Shown here in pieces: positions 12,853 to 26,300 of a DNA stretch of 64,000 bases. Each line of letters starts with the position of its first letter. Positions within the stretch are counted from its first letter, which is position 1. This DNA is from Cyanophora paradoxa CCMP329 (Eukaryota > Plantae > Glaucophyta). The position numbers and the translations under genes were made by a program. The DNA lies in contig QPMI01000125.1 of the NCBI GenBank assembly GCA_004431415.1, forward strand, positions 9,428 through 73,427. The letters run 5' to 3'. The notes under the pieces were generated by a model that saw only the letters and a program-made list of their open reading frames with translations, was not told the DNA's origin and made no database searches.

Positions 12853-15800
12853 CCGTCGCACGCCTTCCGGAGCTAGATCTAGATCTACATGCGCGTCTGC
12901 ACAGAGAAACGGTTAATTCGCTGAAACGTAGCACTTATATATAGCCCAGCTGCGGATGCCACCGTCGGACAACAAGCTGCACATGCAGTCGACGTCATAC
13001 ATGCGCACGCGACCATATGTGTATGCAGTCACTGACTTAAATTACAGTACCGCAGTACTCGTAGCCATGCCACTAGAGTCGACTAGACTAGCTGCACACT
13101 ACGGCAGCGCTATATACCTAGCCAAGTTTAAATTTCCAGCTATAGACTTTTTAACCAGGTAACTAGTAATTCTAACACCATGGCACACTTCTAGGAATCT
13201 AGGCTACCCCCGGTAGTCCTACGGTACTGGCTCGGGCCGCGCGTGATGAGTGCTACCGACTCAGCGAGGCCAGGCTAGTACTCAGAACTTCGGAAGTCAC
13301 AATTACGAGAACTGCTACTACTAGGCTATTATTTTATATCACAGAGCGACAATTGCAATACTATGATAATCAGAAGCTTACTGAGTCAGAACAATCACAG
13401 ACTATTTTTATATATGATTCACAGTATAGTATATTATATATATATATACGACCACGTCTTCTCGCGACTCCAGCACAAGCCGCTGAGCAGGAGTTCTTCG
13501 CGTCTGGCGAGTCAGTTGCGAGTCACTGGCGACGTACACGCGCGTTCAACCCGGGCAGGCCGGGGCAGCCCAGCGGGCCAGCGGCCCCGGCCAATTGCGC
13601 ATTTCGGCCCGGGATCATCGGATGGGTCGACGTCGGGACTCGGGAATCGCGGCGCCGAGTCGGGAGTCGGGACTGCCACGGTGACCGTCGGACGGTACCG
13701 TACGACGACCGTCGGACTCGTCGACGATCGCGAGTCAACACGGCTACGAGTCTACGACTCACTGAGTCACTGCCGTACGCATCGGACGGATTCGGACCCG
13801 GCGGACCATCGGCCCGGCGGTGCGCCGCGCGCGGGCCGGCGCCGCGGCCGCGCGTGCCGGCGAGTCACTGCAGCTGGGATCCCCGGACCGGTGGCGCACG
13901 GTGCCACGGACCCACGGTGGCGGACGATTACCGTATAACACTTATATATGACGCGCACTTTATTCTGTCATCCCCAAATTATGTCGCCGAAATTTTGCTA
14001 TAACGACATAATTTGGGAGCGTCATAATTCCTGGGCGCCATACAAAATTACCGCGCCCCAAACAAACCTCGAATTTCATAGCGACATACAGTCACATACT
14101 ACGATGATACTAGTAATCTGGGAGCGTCCGACGGTCTTATTTCACACACGGGTGTCCAGGTTTTATAAACGACATCACAGATGCCGTCATACTTAAGTGT
14201 TACACGTTAGTAACAGCAACTGACGCATGATCACTGAGCATTGATATCCAGCCAATCACACATTTCGGATCGGAGTGGTCCGAAAAGCCTAATTTTTGTG
14301 GGCAGCCAATTGCGCATTTCGGATTTCGTTGAGTCACTCAGCTCAGTCTGCCGGGACTCCTAGGACTCCCTGTAGCTGCGCCAGGAGACTCGGGGCCAGG
14401 AGAGCCATAATTATGATTAGCGGTACCGTAGTATACCAGTACGTACGTTTGTACTGTAAACGAACGAATATCCGCCAGCACTTAATTTATTTCGCCAAAA
14501 CCCGAAAATGTTGCACAATTGCAAAATTGTTTTGTCAAAAATATATTAAGACTTCGAATTCGCCGAACTGAGCGCTATAGCTACGTATACCGACTCTATT
14601 ACCGAGCGCCGCCGAAAACGAGGCGGGGGAGCAGACTCTCATAGTCTGAGAGGGCCTAGCCCTACCGAAACGAGCTCGAGATGAACACTACGTATATCTA
14701 TGCCTATGTACTGTACACGTTGAGAGCTCTAAACTGTATACTATGATACGTACGCAGAAGGCTATATATAGCTAGCTATTGCTACTGGCTACGTATACAG
14801 GCCTAGGCGCCGGCTGTCTAGTGCTCCGCCCCGCAGAGACACTTCTCCGCCGTGTACTTCAAGGCTTATACGCCGGGGCCTCGGTGTCCTGGTCGGACGA
14901 GTCCGGTCCGGCTCTGCGCTGCGATCGCGAGTTGGCACGTGCACGTGCACGCGTACGGGCCGGGGGCGGGGACTGCCTCCACGTGCACGTAGAGCCCGTC
15001 GCGGCTGAGGGGCTCGAGGAGGCCGGCAGTCCGTCAGGCGGACTGCAGCCACGCGCGCCGCTCAGGAGCTGCGAGCTCGAGCTCGCGCCAGATCTCGGCG
15101 ATCGATATCGCGAGCCAGCGACCCGCGGCCGGCCGCGGCCCGCCGTGCTCGTGGACGTGCTCGTTCTGCTTCTCTAGATCTACCGTGTCTGCATCAAGGA
15201 ATAGCCCTCCTTCTCGCACACAAGGATCTCGTGCGCCGTGGGCTCGAGGGGGCGGACGCCGGGCGGCAATATTAATGGCGCCTTCCCTAGCGACGCGCGC
15301 GCCAGGCCAAGGCTTGAATATGAAGGCGCCACGTGCACCGCCGATATCGATAAATTTGAAGCCTTCCAGTAAACGACGGAGAGCTTTGCGCCGCTGATGC
15401 TGCCGCTTGCTTTGAATTCGAACCGGGGACGCGTGCAGCTGCAGGACGCGTCTGCAGCTGAACGGACGAACTGGTCGAGCGACGAATTTAAGGGACGCAG
15501 GGACGGTACCCCCCAGAATTCTGCCAGCTTCAAATCATGAATATTAATATTCGCCGGCGTGAGGGTCTGGCGAATATAGTCGAAATTAAACGCTGGCGGT
15601 TATTCGCACGTATATCCGTGTACAGTACTCATCATGGCATGATCATTATCAGTGACTACTACACTGACTAGGCTATAGCTAGCTACTTGGAGCCTTCTCG
15701 CCAGGCTCGGCAAAGAGCACTATATGTATAGCTACAAGTAAGCTCAGCAGCTGCTAGAGGGAAGGCAGCTGCTAGTAGGTTTTATAATTATAAGCGGCGT

Positions 15801-15866
15801 CGGCGTCGATCTTCTGTCTCTTTCCATCGTCTTCTTAGGAAGCATTAGCATTTGCACCATCGCACG

Positions 15867-17791
15867 ATGTCGTCCTCGGAAAGCGCACAGCTCCAGACGG
15901 TGGCTCAGGCGTTCGATGTTTTTGCTGGCCTCTATGCGCGGGAGGTCCAGGCTGCTGGGCTGCAGGCGTCGCCGACTCAGCGCGCTCTTCTCATCAACAA
16001 CGTCCTGAAGGTAAGCTTTGTGAAGCTTTGTCATTGTGCATAATCGACCGAAGTCGCGCTGCAATGTCGACCGGGCAAATACAGTCGATAAATGAACATT
16101 TGCTTTACATTTGACATTCGCCGAGTCAATAAGTCTAGATCTGCAATTGATGATCATGATGAGCATTGCGATCAGGTCGTTGAGAAGCACCTGAACAGCG
16201 ATCCTTCAGAGGAAAAGTTCTTGCGTGAGCGTGTGTCGACCGAACAGGTCCGAATATGCAAGCATACGTCATGGCAGTCATGGCACTAGCTGCAGGCTAA
16301 TTTCGAATTGCATAGCGCTTTGATGATCATGATTACCTCTGAAGCTCGTTGTTCCGTCCGCAGGGTGTCCAGGACGTGCTCAAGGAGCTTGCTGTCCTAA
16401 TTACCAACGTGAGCGCGCACTCCGGATCCCCGGGCACTTCATGATCAGCTTATTGAAATAAAAAGCTCTAGAAAATGAATGCGGCAGAACTATAGCCATC
16501 ACCAAACGCCGTGAACGTTAACGCTGTTTCTGTTTCTACGTGTCTAGATTTCTAATTATAACCACCGGTTCACAGATCAAAGCGAGTGATGCCATGAATG
16601 ACATATACATGCGCTCCGCGAAAAGCACCACACTGGAGGAAGTCCTGGGAAAGGACGATTACGAAGTGAGCACTAATTATATAATATATATATAGGTTAT
16701 ACATAGATACCGCCCTCGAGCGAGCTCGAAATCCTGAAACAGTGAACTGGGATTCCTTGCGTATTTAATTTTGGATGCAGATGCTGGGTGACGTGATTGC
16801 TGAGGCGAGCGAAACATACTTGATCGATATTCTGCACCTCGCTGCGGTTTTGCCGAGGGAGCAAGGATCCGAAATCTTTAAGAATCTTCTTTTCGAAGGC
16901 GGCGCTGAGACCCAAGGCGACGAGCTTGTGACTGACGAGGTCAATCAGATTAATATTTTGTTTTGCTTAATTTGAGCATCGTTGAACGAAGTGTCAATTC
17001 CAATAGGAGTTCAACAAAGTGATCGCGGAACTGGACAGCAAGGCCGAGCTGGTTTGTTTTCTTCTTTTCATTCAAGCGATCGCGTGTTCGATTTCGCAAT
17101 CGCAGTATTTCAACGCCATGGAACTCAAAGACGAGCTTGTGTCCGCCGCGGCATCTTCAGAGGACTCCAATGTCATCAGCGAGGATGAGGCAAAGAAGAT
17201 CGAGCAGATTGTGGCTGTTACAGAGCAAACTGTCAAGGAAGAGGTCCGCATATGCATTTGGTTTCGTTTGGTTGATCGGATTTGACTCCCGATTGAATTG
17301 GAGACCCAAGTCGCACAATTCTGCTCTAGATGTAGGACGAGAGATAGAGGATGTCAGAGCTGATACGTGAGTCCCAGGTCCAAGAGATTGAGCAAGACAT
17401 CACATCATCGAGCACGAGCAATTCACAGGACAAGAAGGCGTGCTGGACGTTCTATTTTACCCTGCCGAGTTTGCCATGGAGCTGATTATTTCGAGTTCTC
17501 AGCTTGCCGACGAGCTCGAGCTCGACAGTCTTGAAAAGAGTGCTGAGAAGGTCATCGACGCAGGGTCTATCGTACAGTCTTCTATCGAAATCGCTCAAAC
17601 GGTTTCGGACTGCGAAGAAATGGCGTCAGACACGTACGGAATCTTCGAATTCGAGGATGAGGTGCGTGCGCATTGGCGACAACTGCAATGTGCTGCTGAG
17701 CTGAATTGAGGCGCAGTTCATGGACCAGTGGTCTTTCGAGGAGGGACTTCTGCAGGCAGAAGGAGTCATCGAAATCGATAGCGAAATGTAA
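15867..17791 (+). CDS. Multi-exon acidic (E/D-rich), probably helical protein of unknown function
   Basis: ATG at 15867 (MSSSESAQLQTVAQAFDVFAG...). Successive exons flanked by GT/GC..AG share the same acidic composition (MLGDVIAEASETYLIDIL..., YFNAMELKDELVSAAASSEDS..., LADELELDSLEKSAEKV...). Ends EGVIEIDSEM-TAA at 17791. Confidence 0.7.
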
Positions 17792-18299
17792 TGGGGCAGA
17801 GGAACAGAAAGATTGTTGACCCCACCCTTCGATGCGCACTTGCTGCGATGATTTATGGTCGTAATTTATAATCAGCGAGCGAGTCAGATTTCGCGCGAAT
17901 ACACAGCCAGTAGGCGTGCGTCTCAGTCTGGTCTCTAGATCTAATCGGATCATGTCAGGATGGTCTCCTGAACAGATCATGGAGCTCGCGATCGAGGCAG
18001 AAAAAATGGTAGAGAGGGCAGATCTAGATCTAGAGGCAGGCGGATGGAGAGGTGGACGGGTGTTGAGGCCCTCGAGGGTGCGGCTGCTGCCGATCGCGAG
18101 GGCTTGATTCAATTGCTCCGCTTCGCTCAGCCCGCTTGATTCAATGCGGCCTAGCAGTATATGATGCCGACCGTCCGACGCGCTAGCGACGGCCCGGCGT
18201 ATGGTTGTGCACGTGAGCCATGAATTCCGAAACAGCTTCTGAGCAAAGCAGTTCGCAGCTGCGCATGCATGCGCAGCTTTGGATCACGATCGTACGTAT

Positions 18300-19885
18300 T
18301 TCGCGCGCCTGTTTCGAGCGATTTCCGTCTTCATGAAGGTGCACGCTCGTTTCTCGGCCTGCTAGAAATTCTTTTTTTTCCCAGTAACATGAAATGAACA
18401 TTGATATTTGAGCTGTAGTGCATGACTGTGCATCCCGTTCATATTGGGAATTATTCATCCGCGGCCATCGCTAATAGGAGCCGCCGTTCCCAATGGCTGA
18501 CCGGAGCCTCTTCTGGACGGCGCAGGCGAGAGGGAGAAGGCGGCTCAGTGCTTCGAAGAGTCCATCTCGCTCTTTCAGGTTCGCAAACAGATCCGACACC
18601 CTCTGATCCCTGAATTCTTTAATCTAAATCAATCTTTCTTCGTAGGGTCGCTTTCCCCTATGCTTCTCTGACGCCCACCCGCGGATCGTCTCGACGCGAC
18701 TCTTGCTCGGTGTCGCGCGCGGTAGTCGACGTCTTCACCCCTCCTCCATGTCCTCCATCGCGCACTAGGCTGCAGTAGGTAGGGTTCTTGTCTAAACTTC
18801 AGCTTCAATTGCATTAGATTATGAACTATTTTCGACGCATTCGATTGCATTATCATTACTGGGGCGATTTCTCAAGTACTAGTGGCCCGGCCGCGATTTT
18901 CGCGCCGGGGGTGCAAGGGGGGAACCGGGATCTAATGAAAGAGTCCTAGTGGCACGCACATGCGCAGAGTCCTCCCCTCGGGGTCGCGCGAAGCGCGCGA
19001 CCCCTCGGCTCGGTCACGCGTGCTCGGCTGCGGGCGGCGGCACAGCTAGGCAGCGGCGCAAGCGGTTTTGCGGTGCAAGCTCAAGCACGAGTGCCGGGCA
19101 GCGTGCTCGGCTGCGGGCAGCGGCGCGTGCTCGGTAGGCGGTGCTGCGGTGCAAGCTTGATGCACTGCGGCAGTGAAAAGTAGTCCAGGCGGCACGGGTA
19201 CCGTGCGGCGTACGCGGCGCAGTGCGAGGAAGCGGAAATCTAGAGGAGACAGCTGGGGAGAAGTGGGTCCATGCCATGATGCAGAACCGCGCAAGGAACT
19301 TCGGAAGAGCCCGGAGTGAGAGAGAAGTTGGTTTTCCCCTCCAGAACCACTTTTCGCGAGTTCGAGCTCGAGAGAGCTCTCGCGAGCGCTAGCTCGAACA
19401 GACGAGAGCAGAGCTGTCGAGAGAGAAAACTGGTCTTCCCCCCGAAAACCGCTTTTTGCAATTGCATGGACGCCCGCAGCGACAAACACGTGTCGCAACC
19501 CAATTTCGACTCATTTTTGTTGCAGACTGGCCCTCGAAAACGGCCTCATAGAAAAACTTTTGGCTGAAGCGAGGGAACGGGAAGCAAGCTGGGAGAAGCC
19601 CTTCGGTCTTCGTCCCCCCTTGCAATTTAGAGTTCTTGTCCTTATGTAAATAGCAGACATTCGACCGGAGTCGATCGCGACAAGCTGCTATGCAAACGCG
19701 CGTAGAGACTGAACGCTACCTTTCAGATTTCGACGCGCGCGCCTATATCTTGTTTGATTGAATCCGATTGTAATCGATATGTAATCGCGCCCGCGGGGAA
19801 TATCACGATCATCGATATGTAATCGCGCCCGCGGGGAAAAGTTGCCAGCTGCTACAACTGACGATCTGAGCGCCCTGCTGCGCAA
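18300..19885. repeat. Dispersed repeat, copy B, interrupted by the 18879-19625 insertion
   Basis: Homologous to 4075-5030. The homology resumes directly after the insert. Confidence 0.88.
18879..19625 (-). mobile_element. Non-autonomous Helitron2-like element, family A copy 1
   Basis: On the minus strand it starts TTGCAAGGGGGG and ends with a subterminal inverted copy (CCCCCCTTGCA), a GC hairpin (CCCGGCGCGAAAATCGCGGCCGGG) and CCACTAG. It has no TSD longer than 1 bp, and the empty site is visible at ~4761. Confidence 0.8.
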
Positions 19886-20561
19886 GGTAGATGGGTACGG
19901 TTCATAGGTCAGCTTCGAATTCTGTTCATAAAATCGGCCTTGGGAAAAGGAGAGGCCCTTAGGTTGGGTCCTGGCATACTAGGTCTTCGGCTCGTTTTTT
20001 TTGGGGTAACACACTTAAGCTTGACAACAGTCCCCCGCTCCGCGCCTACCGGATACTGGGAAGCCAAGCTACACCGAGGAAAAAGGGCGAACTCTGTTCC
20101 ACAGCTTGTTGTCGTAGTCGAGCTGTTGCTGAAGCTGTAGCCGCCAGGTCACCCCCAGCACATAATATGCGCCGGTCCGCAAATAGGAGGCGTGGGCACG
20201 CTGAGCTACACGGTCCTAGATGCCTTCTTGCTGGCTCTAAAACGTGGCCGTGGGACGCACTAGGTTTTCGACTCGCCCCCGACCCCTGCTCGTCTCAGGG
20301 TGTGCAAGGTGGGGTCTATAGCTAAACAAACAAAGACGGCAGCTACAGGCTGCAGCTAGCGCTCGCTAGGCGTAGGCCTGGGCTCGAGGCCGCCAGGATA
20401 ATCGAAATAAACATCGAAAAAGAACAAAAAGGCCCGGCCCACGCGTCCGCCGCCCGCGGCCCGCCGCGCCTTCGCCCTACCCGGTGAGCCGAGCCACCGC
20501 CCCGCCCAGCGAGCCCCGCGGCCCCCGCCGCCGTCCGCCGTCCGGAGTTGCCAACTTGCCA

Positions 20562-21754
20562 TACTAAGTTATAACTTATTACTTAAGACGCAAGCGGACA
20601 CTTGCGAAAAAAATCGGGTTAACACGGCCGGCTGAGCTTGCAGTCTCGATTCAGTTCCCCGTTTTGTCGCACCCAATATGAACCCTCATGTGCGAACACG
20701 TCGAGTGTCGACATCGATATCGGCGTAGACCCGACTCACCCCGACAGCTGCCGCAGCCACTAGCTGCTGCAGCTGCATGCCAGCTGCAGCCTGCAGGCCT
20801 AGGTGGCATACTAAGTTCGAATCGGCCGCGGACCACAGACCACGGCGAGTCGACGTCGCGACTCGAGCTCGCGACTCGCGAATTCAAATCTCCACAAAAC
20901 GCTAGATTTACTAAGTTAATGTCGACGTCGACGTCGACTCGTCCCGCGGGCCGCGGCGTACGTGGATATCGATCGACGAACGTAGTTACCCAAAATGACG
21001 TCGTTCCCCAAAACGCTAGATTTTTCAAGTTTGACATCGTTTGCAAACGGAAACTACGTGGTGGGCCACTGGTGGCCATGGCTTATCCGCGGATAACGGA
21101 ACTTTTTTGAAAGTAACGGAAAATGGCGGATACTAGTAACGGAAAGTAACGGAAACACACCGTGACTGCAGTCTGCATGCAGCTAGCGCTGGACTAGTAC
21201 GTATACTGCTGATGTAGGCTTTATAAGCAGGCTTAAAAAGCTTAAGTTAACGCAGCTACAGCCCGCACTACGTATACGACATGCGCAGCCTGGCAGGCTG
21301 CAGAAGCGCAGCTGCAGCTGTCATGAACGTTGCGCTCCGAGAGGCTCAGCAACCGTGTACGCACTGCTCCTGCTGCATAGATAGCGTCTGTACACACGTA
21401 CGTGGCTAGCGCTAGCATAGGCGCTTGTCTTGAAGGAGCACATCAGCAGGCGAAGCCAACGCAGCGCTCGGCTATAGCTAGCGGAAGCAGCGAATATTTC
21501 GAAGCTTAAGGCTCGAGGCGCCCGCCTATTACTGATGAAATCGAAGTAGCGAGGCTATTTAAATTTGAAGACAAAGAAAGACCGCAGTGCCCTGAATTCG
21601 AAGTCTAGATCTGGCATTTTTTCTGAGATACTGCGAGTACGGGTATATATCGCGTTTCAAATGCATGCATGTTTAATTTCACGCACAGACAGAGACTCAG
21701 CTGCAGCTGGAATTATTAAATGGGGGGGTGCGGGGGGGCTTGCCCCCCTGCTTG
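20562..21754 (+). mobile_element. Non-autonomous Helitron-like element, family B copy 1
   Basis: 5' end TACTAAGTTATAACTTATTACTTA, internal GTAACGGAAA repeats (~21090-21155), 3' end GGGGGCTTGCCCCC hairpin + TGCTTG. It sits between A and T. Confidence 0.7.
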
Positions 21755-22573
21755 TTGCAACTTGCCAACTTATGCCATCTGTTCGGTTCGGCCCGATTAA
21801 ACTAGGGGGAGCGGTTGGCGAGAGACCGAAGCGCTTAACACGAGCTAGTACGCATCTTAATGCATATCTAATGCTCAGTCTCTCGCGGACGCGGTACAAA
21901 ATTTTCCTAGATGTATGGCCATATGCATACAAAGGCGACGAGGAAAAGGCCAGTTTCGCGGCGAGCTAGCCGAGCTAGCAGTGCGCCCGGCCGGCGTCTT
22001 ATTGCCCCAGCGTTCGAGTCCCGGGAAGGGCAGTTGGGGGGAGCGGGGGGGCCTGGGCGGGCCTTGAGCTGCCTTGAGCTGAGCTGAAGAGGGGGCCGGG
22101 GCGCAGCGACCTCCGAGGCCAACTTTCGCGCGGCGAGGTTCTGGCGGGAGACCAAAAATGTTTTTCATCTCGGCTGATCTAAAATACACTTCCTACCTGC
22201 CCGGTCTCCCGCCAGTCACTCGCTGTGCTCCGCTTTAATTTCGGCTGGACTTGTATGGCAAGTTGCGAAAGCTCGAAACTCGAGTCGATTAGGAAAACAA
22301 ACGAGCTGAGTGGCCAATTTGCCCGACGGTCCACCCAGTAAGCACCGAGAGTCCGAGAGATTGGCGACTCAGTGGCGAGAACTCGAATGAGTCGAATTTT
22401 TCTCGAAGGCTCGAAAACTCGAACTCGGCAATTTAATGACTCGCTGACTGAGCCGCCTGAGTCGGCAGTTTCGGCAATGCAACGACTCGCCGACGTCTGG
22501 CTCCGAGTGGCTCGGCCTGACTCATGATCAGTAAGGCCGGCTGACTCATGTCACGCACGGACCCCCGTACGTA

Positions 22574-23272
22574 CTAGTGGCCCGGCCGCGATTTTCGCGC
22601 CGGGGGTGCAAGGGGGGAACCGGGATCTAATGAAAGAGTCCTAGTACACGCACGCACATGCGCAGAGTCCTCCCCTCGGGGTCGCGCGAAGCGCGCGACC
22701 CCTCGGCTCGGTCACGCGTGCTCGGCTGCGGGCAGCGGCACAGCTAGGCAGCGGCGCAAGCGGTTTTGCGGTGCAAGCTCAAGCACGAGTGCCGGGCAGC
22801 GTGCTCGGCTGCGCATGCGGGCAGCGGCGCGTGCTCGGTAGGCGGTGCTGCGGTGCAAGCTTGATGCACTGCGGCAGTGAAAAGTAGTCCAGGCGGCACG
22901 GGTACCGTGCGGCGTACGGCGCAGTGCGAGGAAGCGGAAATGTAGAGGAGACAGCTAGGGAGAAGTGGTTCCATGCAGAACCGCGCAAGGAAGAGCCCGG
23001 AGTGAGAGAGAAGTTGGTTTTCCCCTCGAAAACCACTTTTCGCGAGTTCGAGAGCAGAGCTGTCGAGAGAGAAAACTGGTCTTCCCCCCGAAAACCGCTT
23101 TTTGCAATTGCATGGACGCCCGCAGCGACAAACACGTGTCGCAACCCAATTTCGACTCATTTTTGTTGCAGACTGGCCCTCGAAAACGGCCTCATAGAAA
23201 AAATTTTGGCTGAAGCGAGGGAACGGGAAGCAAGCTGGGAGAAGCCCTTCGGTCTTCTTTCCCCCCTTGCAA
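22574..23272 (-). mobile_element. Non-autonomous Helitron2-like element, family A copy 2
   Basis: Near-identical to 18879-19625 with the same termini and small internal indels. Confidence 0.8.
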
Positions 23273-23309
23273 CTAGTAGGTACCGGTATTGACAGTGATG
23301 AGTCTCTAA

Positions 23310-26300
23310 TACTAAGTTATAACTTATTACTTATGACGCATGCGGACACCCGTAAAAAAACTCAGTCTTCACGGGACGGCCGAGCCAAACTTTTTTGAAA
23401 AATCCTCGGTAGTTTGATTGAGGTCAGAAAACTTACCTTAGGGTTGTGTCAACGCATATGAGAACACAGTGTGGCATAACGTAAATTACATCACAATCAC
23501 AAATTAAATTTTGACTTCAGATTTACAATTAGGTACCGCGTTTATTCTCGAAAATCTGCTGCGATAACGCCAGACACATTACCCCAAGTGAAACTGAACT
23601 CAAAATGTCAGCACGTTAATTTAATTAAAAACCGCAATTTTAATTTTGCCCAGCCGCGCGCGGATCGAAATCGATCGATCGAAAACCGGTTCCAGTTTGG
23701 GTTTTAAAGAAATTTAATGCATGCCACATGGATTCGCAGTCGTAGTGCGCGCCAAATGCGTGCGGAGTCACTGCGGACCCGGGACGCGATCGTAGTACTA
23801 CGGTACCGTAGTACGTGCTACTACGTGGTACTACGTGCACGTGCTCGCAAATTGAGCCGATCGCGACGTACGTCGCAATCGCGAGCCCGGGCCGCGACGT
23901 CGACTTTGACTAGGACTCTTTCAGTGAGCTGTCGGGCAACTTCTATAAAACAAATTAAAATCGAATCGATCCGATCGACGGTCCGGTACCCCTCGGCCTT
24001 CGCCAGTACCAGACTACTACTACCGGTTCGATCCGATCGGACGTACCGGATTTTCCTTCACTCAGGTTGACGTGTCACAGTGTACATGTGTCACCGCGGG
24101 TACCGCGGCCGGTAGCGCCGCGCGCGCAGCGGCGCGCTGCGGCGCGCGCTGGCCGTGGCCGCCGCCAGTGCCCGCCACGCGGCGCCGTCGACGTCACGGC
24201 GTGGCGCGAGCCGCGCGACTGTCGCGTGAGTCGAGTTTTTCCCAGCAGTTTAAGCTGGCCAGTGGCGTGCATGGAAAGTGGCAGACAACGCCGTCACAAC
24301 GGAAGTAACGGAAAGTGGCGGATAATTATAACGGACGTTTCCGGAAAGTAACGGACAGCTTATATTAATTAAGTGGCGGATAGCGAAAAGTAACGGAAAG
24401 TAACCGAAACACACTGCAGTCTAGCTGCAGGCCCGCTGATCATGATTCATGAGCAGCAGCAGCAGCTGTCGGTGCTGCAGTTGCGCTTAGCAACCGCGTA
24501 CATACTAGTGCTGCTGCGCATGTAGCTAGCGCTGCTGCGCATGCTTAAGCTTGTGCAGACGACGGAGCACTGCGGCGCATCGATATCAGCAGGTGAATTC
24601 GAATTCGAAGTCAACGCACGCGAAAGCAGTGATCCTGATTTTGTCGAAGCCGCTGCTTATGAGCACCCGCTCCGGATCATGAAGTGCCCGGCGGCCGCGA
24701 CCGTATATTTGAAGACGAAGCCGAGGAAGATTATTCGAATTCTTTTGTCCTGAAAACGTCCGGCGTTCTGGCAAACTGCGCAAGATTCGAAATATATAAT
24801 AGCTAATTGTAACAGTTCCGATCTATAGCTAGATCTTCCGAAGCTCCGCTTCCGAAGCTCAAGATCTGAGAGTCTAGATCGAGGTCGGCGCGGCCGACGC
24901 GACGCGTATGGCGCTGACGTCAACGCTGCGCGTTTCTCGATTGGATTGAAGTTCAGCTGCAGCTGCAGATCTAGATCTACGTACAAGCAGGGGGGCAAGC
25001 CCCCCCGCACCCCCCCCATTTATTGAACTTGTATAATCTGCAATGTCAATGAATCGCAAATCTCGCAATTTCGCGAACGCGTACGTGAATCGCAGGGCTT
25101 CTCCAGTACTAGTCTCTGTGTGTGAAGTCTCTGTGTGAACGTGAATCGCGCCGCGGCACCATGAATTGTAATCGCGATATTCGCACTGCTGTCTCTGGTG
25201 GGCAGGTGCCACGGTGCGTTAATTATAATTTGCGCATGCGCTCTCATCGGAGCATGATTATAATTAATAACTGCACGTGCACATGTTGGACGCCGGCCTC
25301 GTCATTGATATATATCGTCACTATCGTGGCAGTCTGCCAGACATTCTCGTGGCAAAAGAATAATCACGATCCTAGGGCTCATGATCAGCTTCGTCTTCAA
25401 ATTGCTACAGCCGCGCTACTTCGAATTCAGGGAAGCGGGCGCTTCGCTCGAAAACTAGATTACTAGCAGCATGCGCAGCCCGTTCACGTGCACAGATCTA
25501 GAAGGTCCGGTGCAGCATGCGCAGTTGCAGCACCCAGTGCCTGTACATGTGTGTACGCGGTTGTTCAGCCAACGACAGCTGCAAGCTGTAGCTGCTGTAC
25601 AGCCCGTACGTATACTACGCCCGCGGTATATACGTAGTACGCCCCCGGCCATATGCATGCACGAATTCGAATGCAGCTGCAGCCTACAGGCTACAGCCTA
25701 CAGCCTGAGGCTACAGGCTACAGCTTATACCAGTGATTACTTGCCGGCGTTTCCGTTACTTTCCGTTAACGTTATCCGCCACCTTCCGTTACTTTCGGTT
25801 ATCCACCAGTGGCCGCCAGTGTCCGCCACTAGGACTTTCCGTGCACGTGCACACCAGTGACACCACTGGCCAGCTTAAAGCCTTGAACTGTTCGGAACTT
25901 CTTCGAAGTCGCAATTCCGGTACCTGGTACCGGACTCCGGGAGCAACTTCCGATGATAACAATGAACGTCATCGCCGACTCATCGGGATATTGGACCGAT
26001 TCGTACCGCATCGCGTGAACTTGTGAAGGATTCGCGTCGCGATCGATTTCAACTTGGCAACGACCGATCGGACGGATTCAGCCGCTGAGCTGGCCAGCTG
26101 GCCAGCGCCCGGGCGGCGCCGCTGCATGGCAGTGCATGCCGGCGCGCGCGGCCGCGTCGCCCGTTGCGGCGGTGCCAGCGCGCCGGCTGGCCATGGGCGG
26201 CGGGCGCGCGCGGGCGCGGCGCCGGCTGTGCGGCCGCCGCCGCCCGCCGGCCGGTTGTCACGTGCACAGTGTGGGCATGCGTGCGCTCACTGCTCATGAT

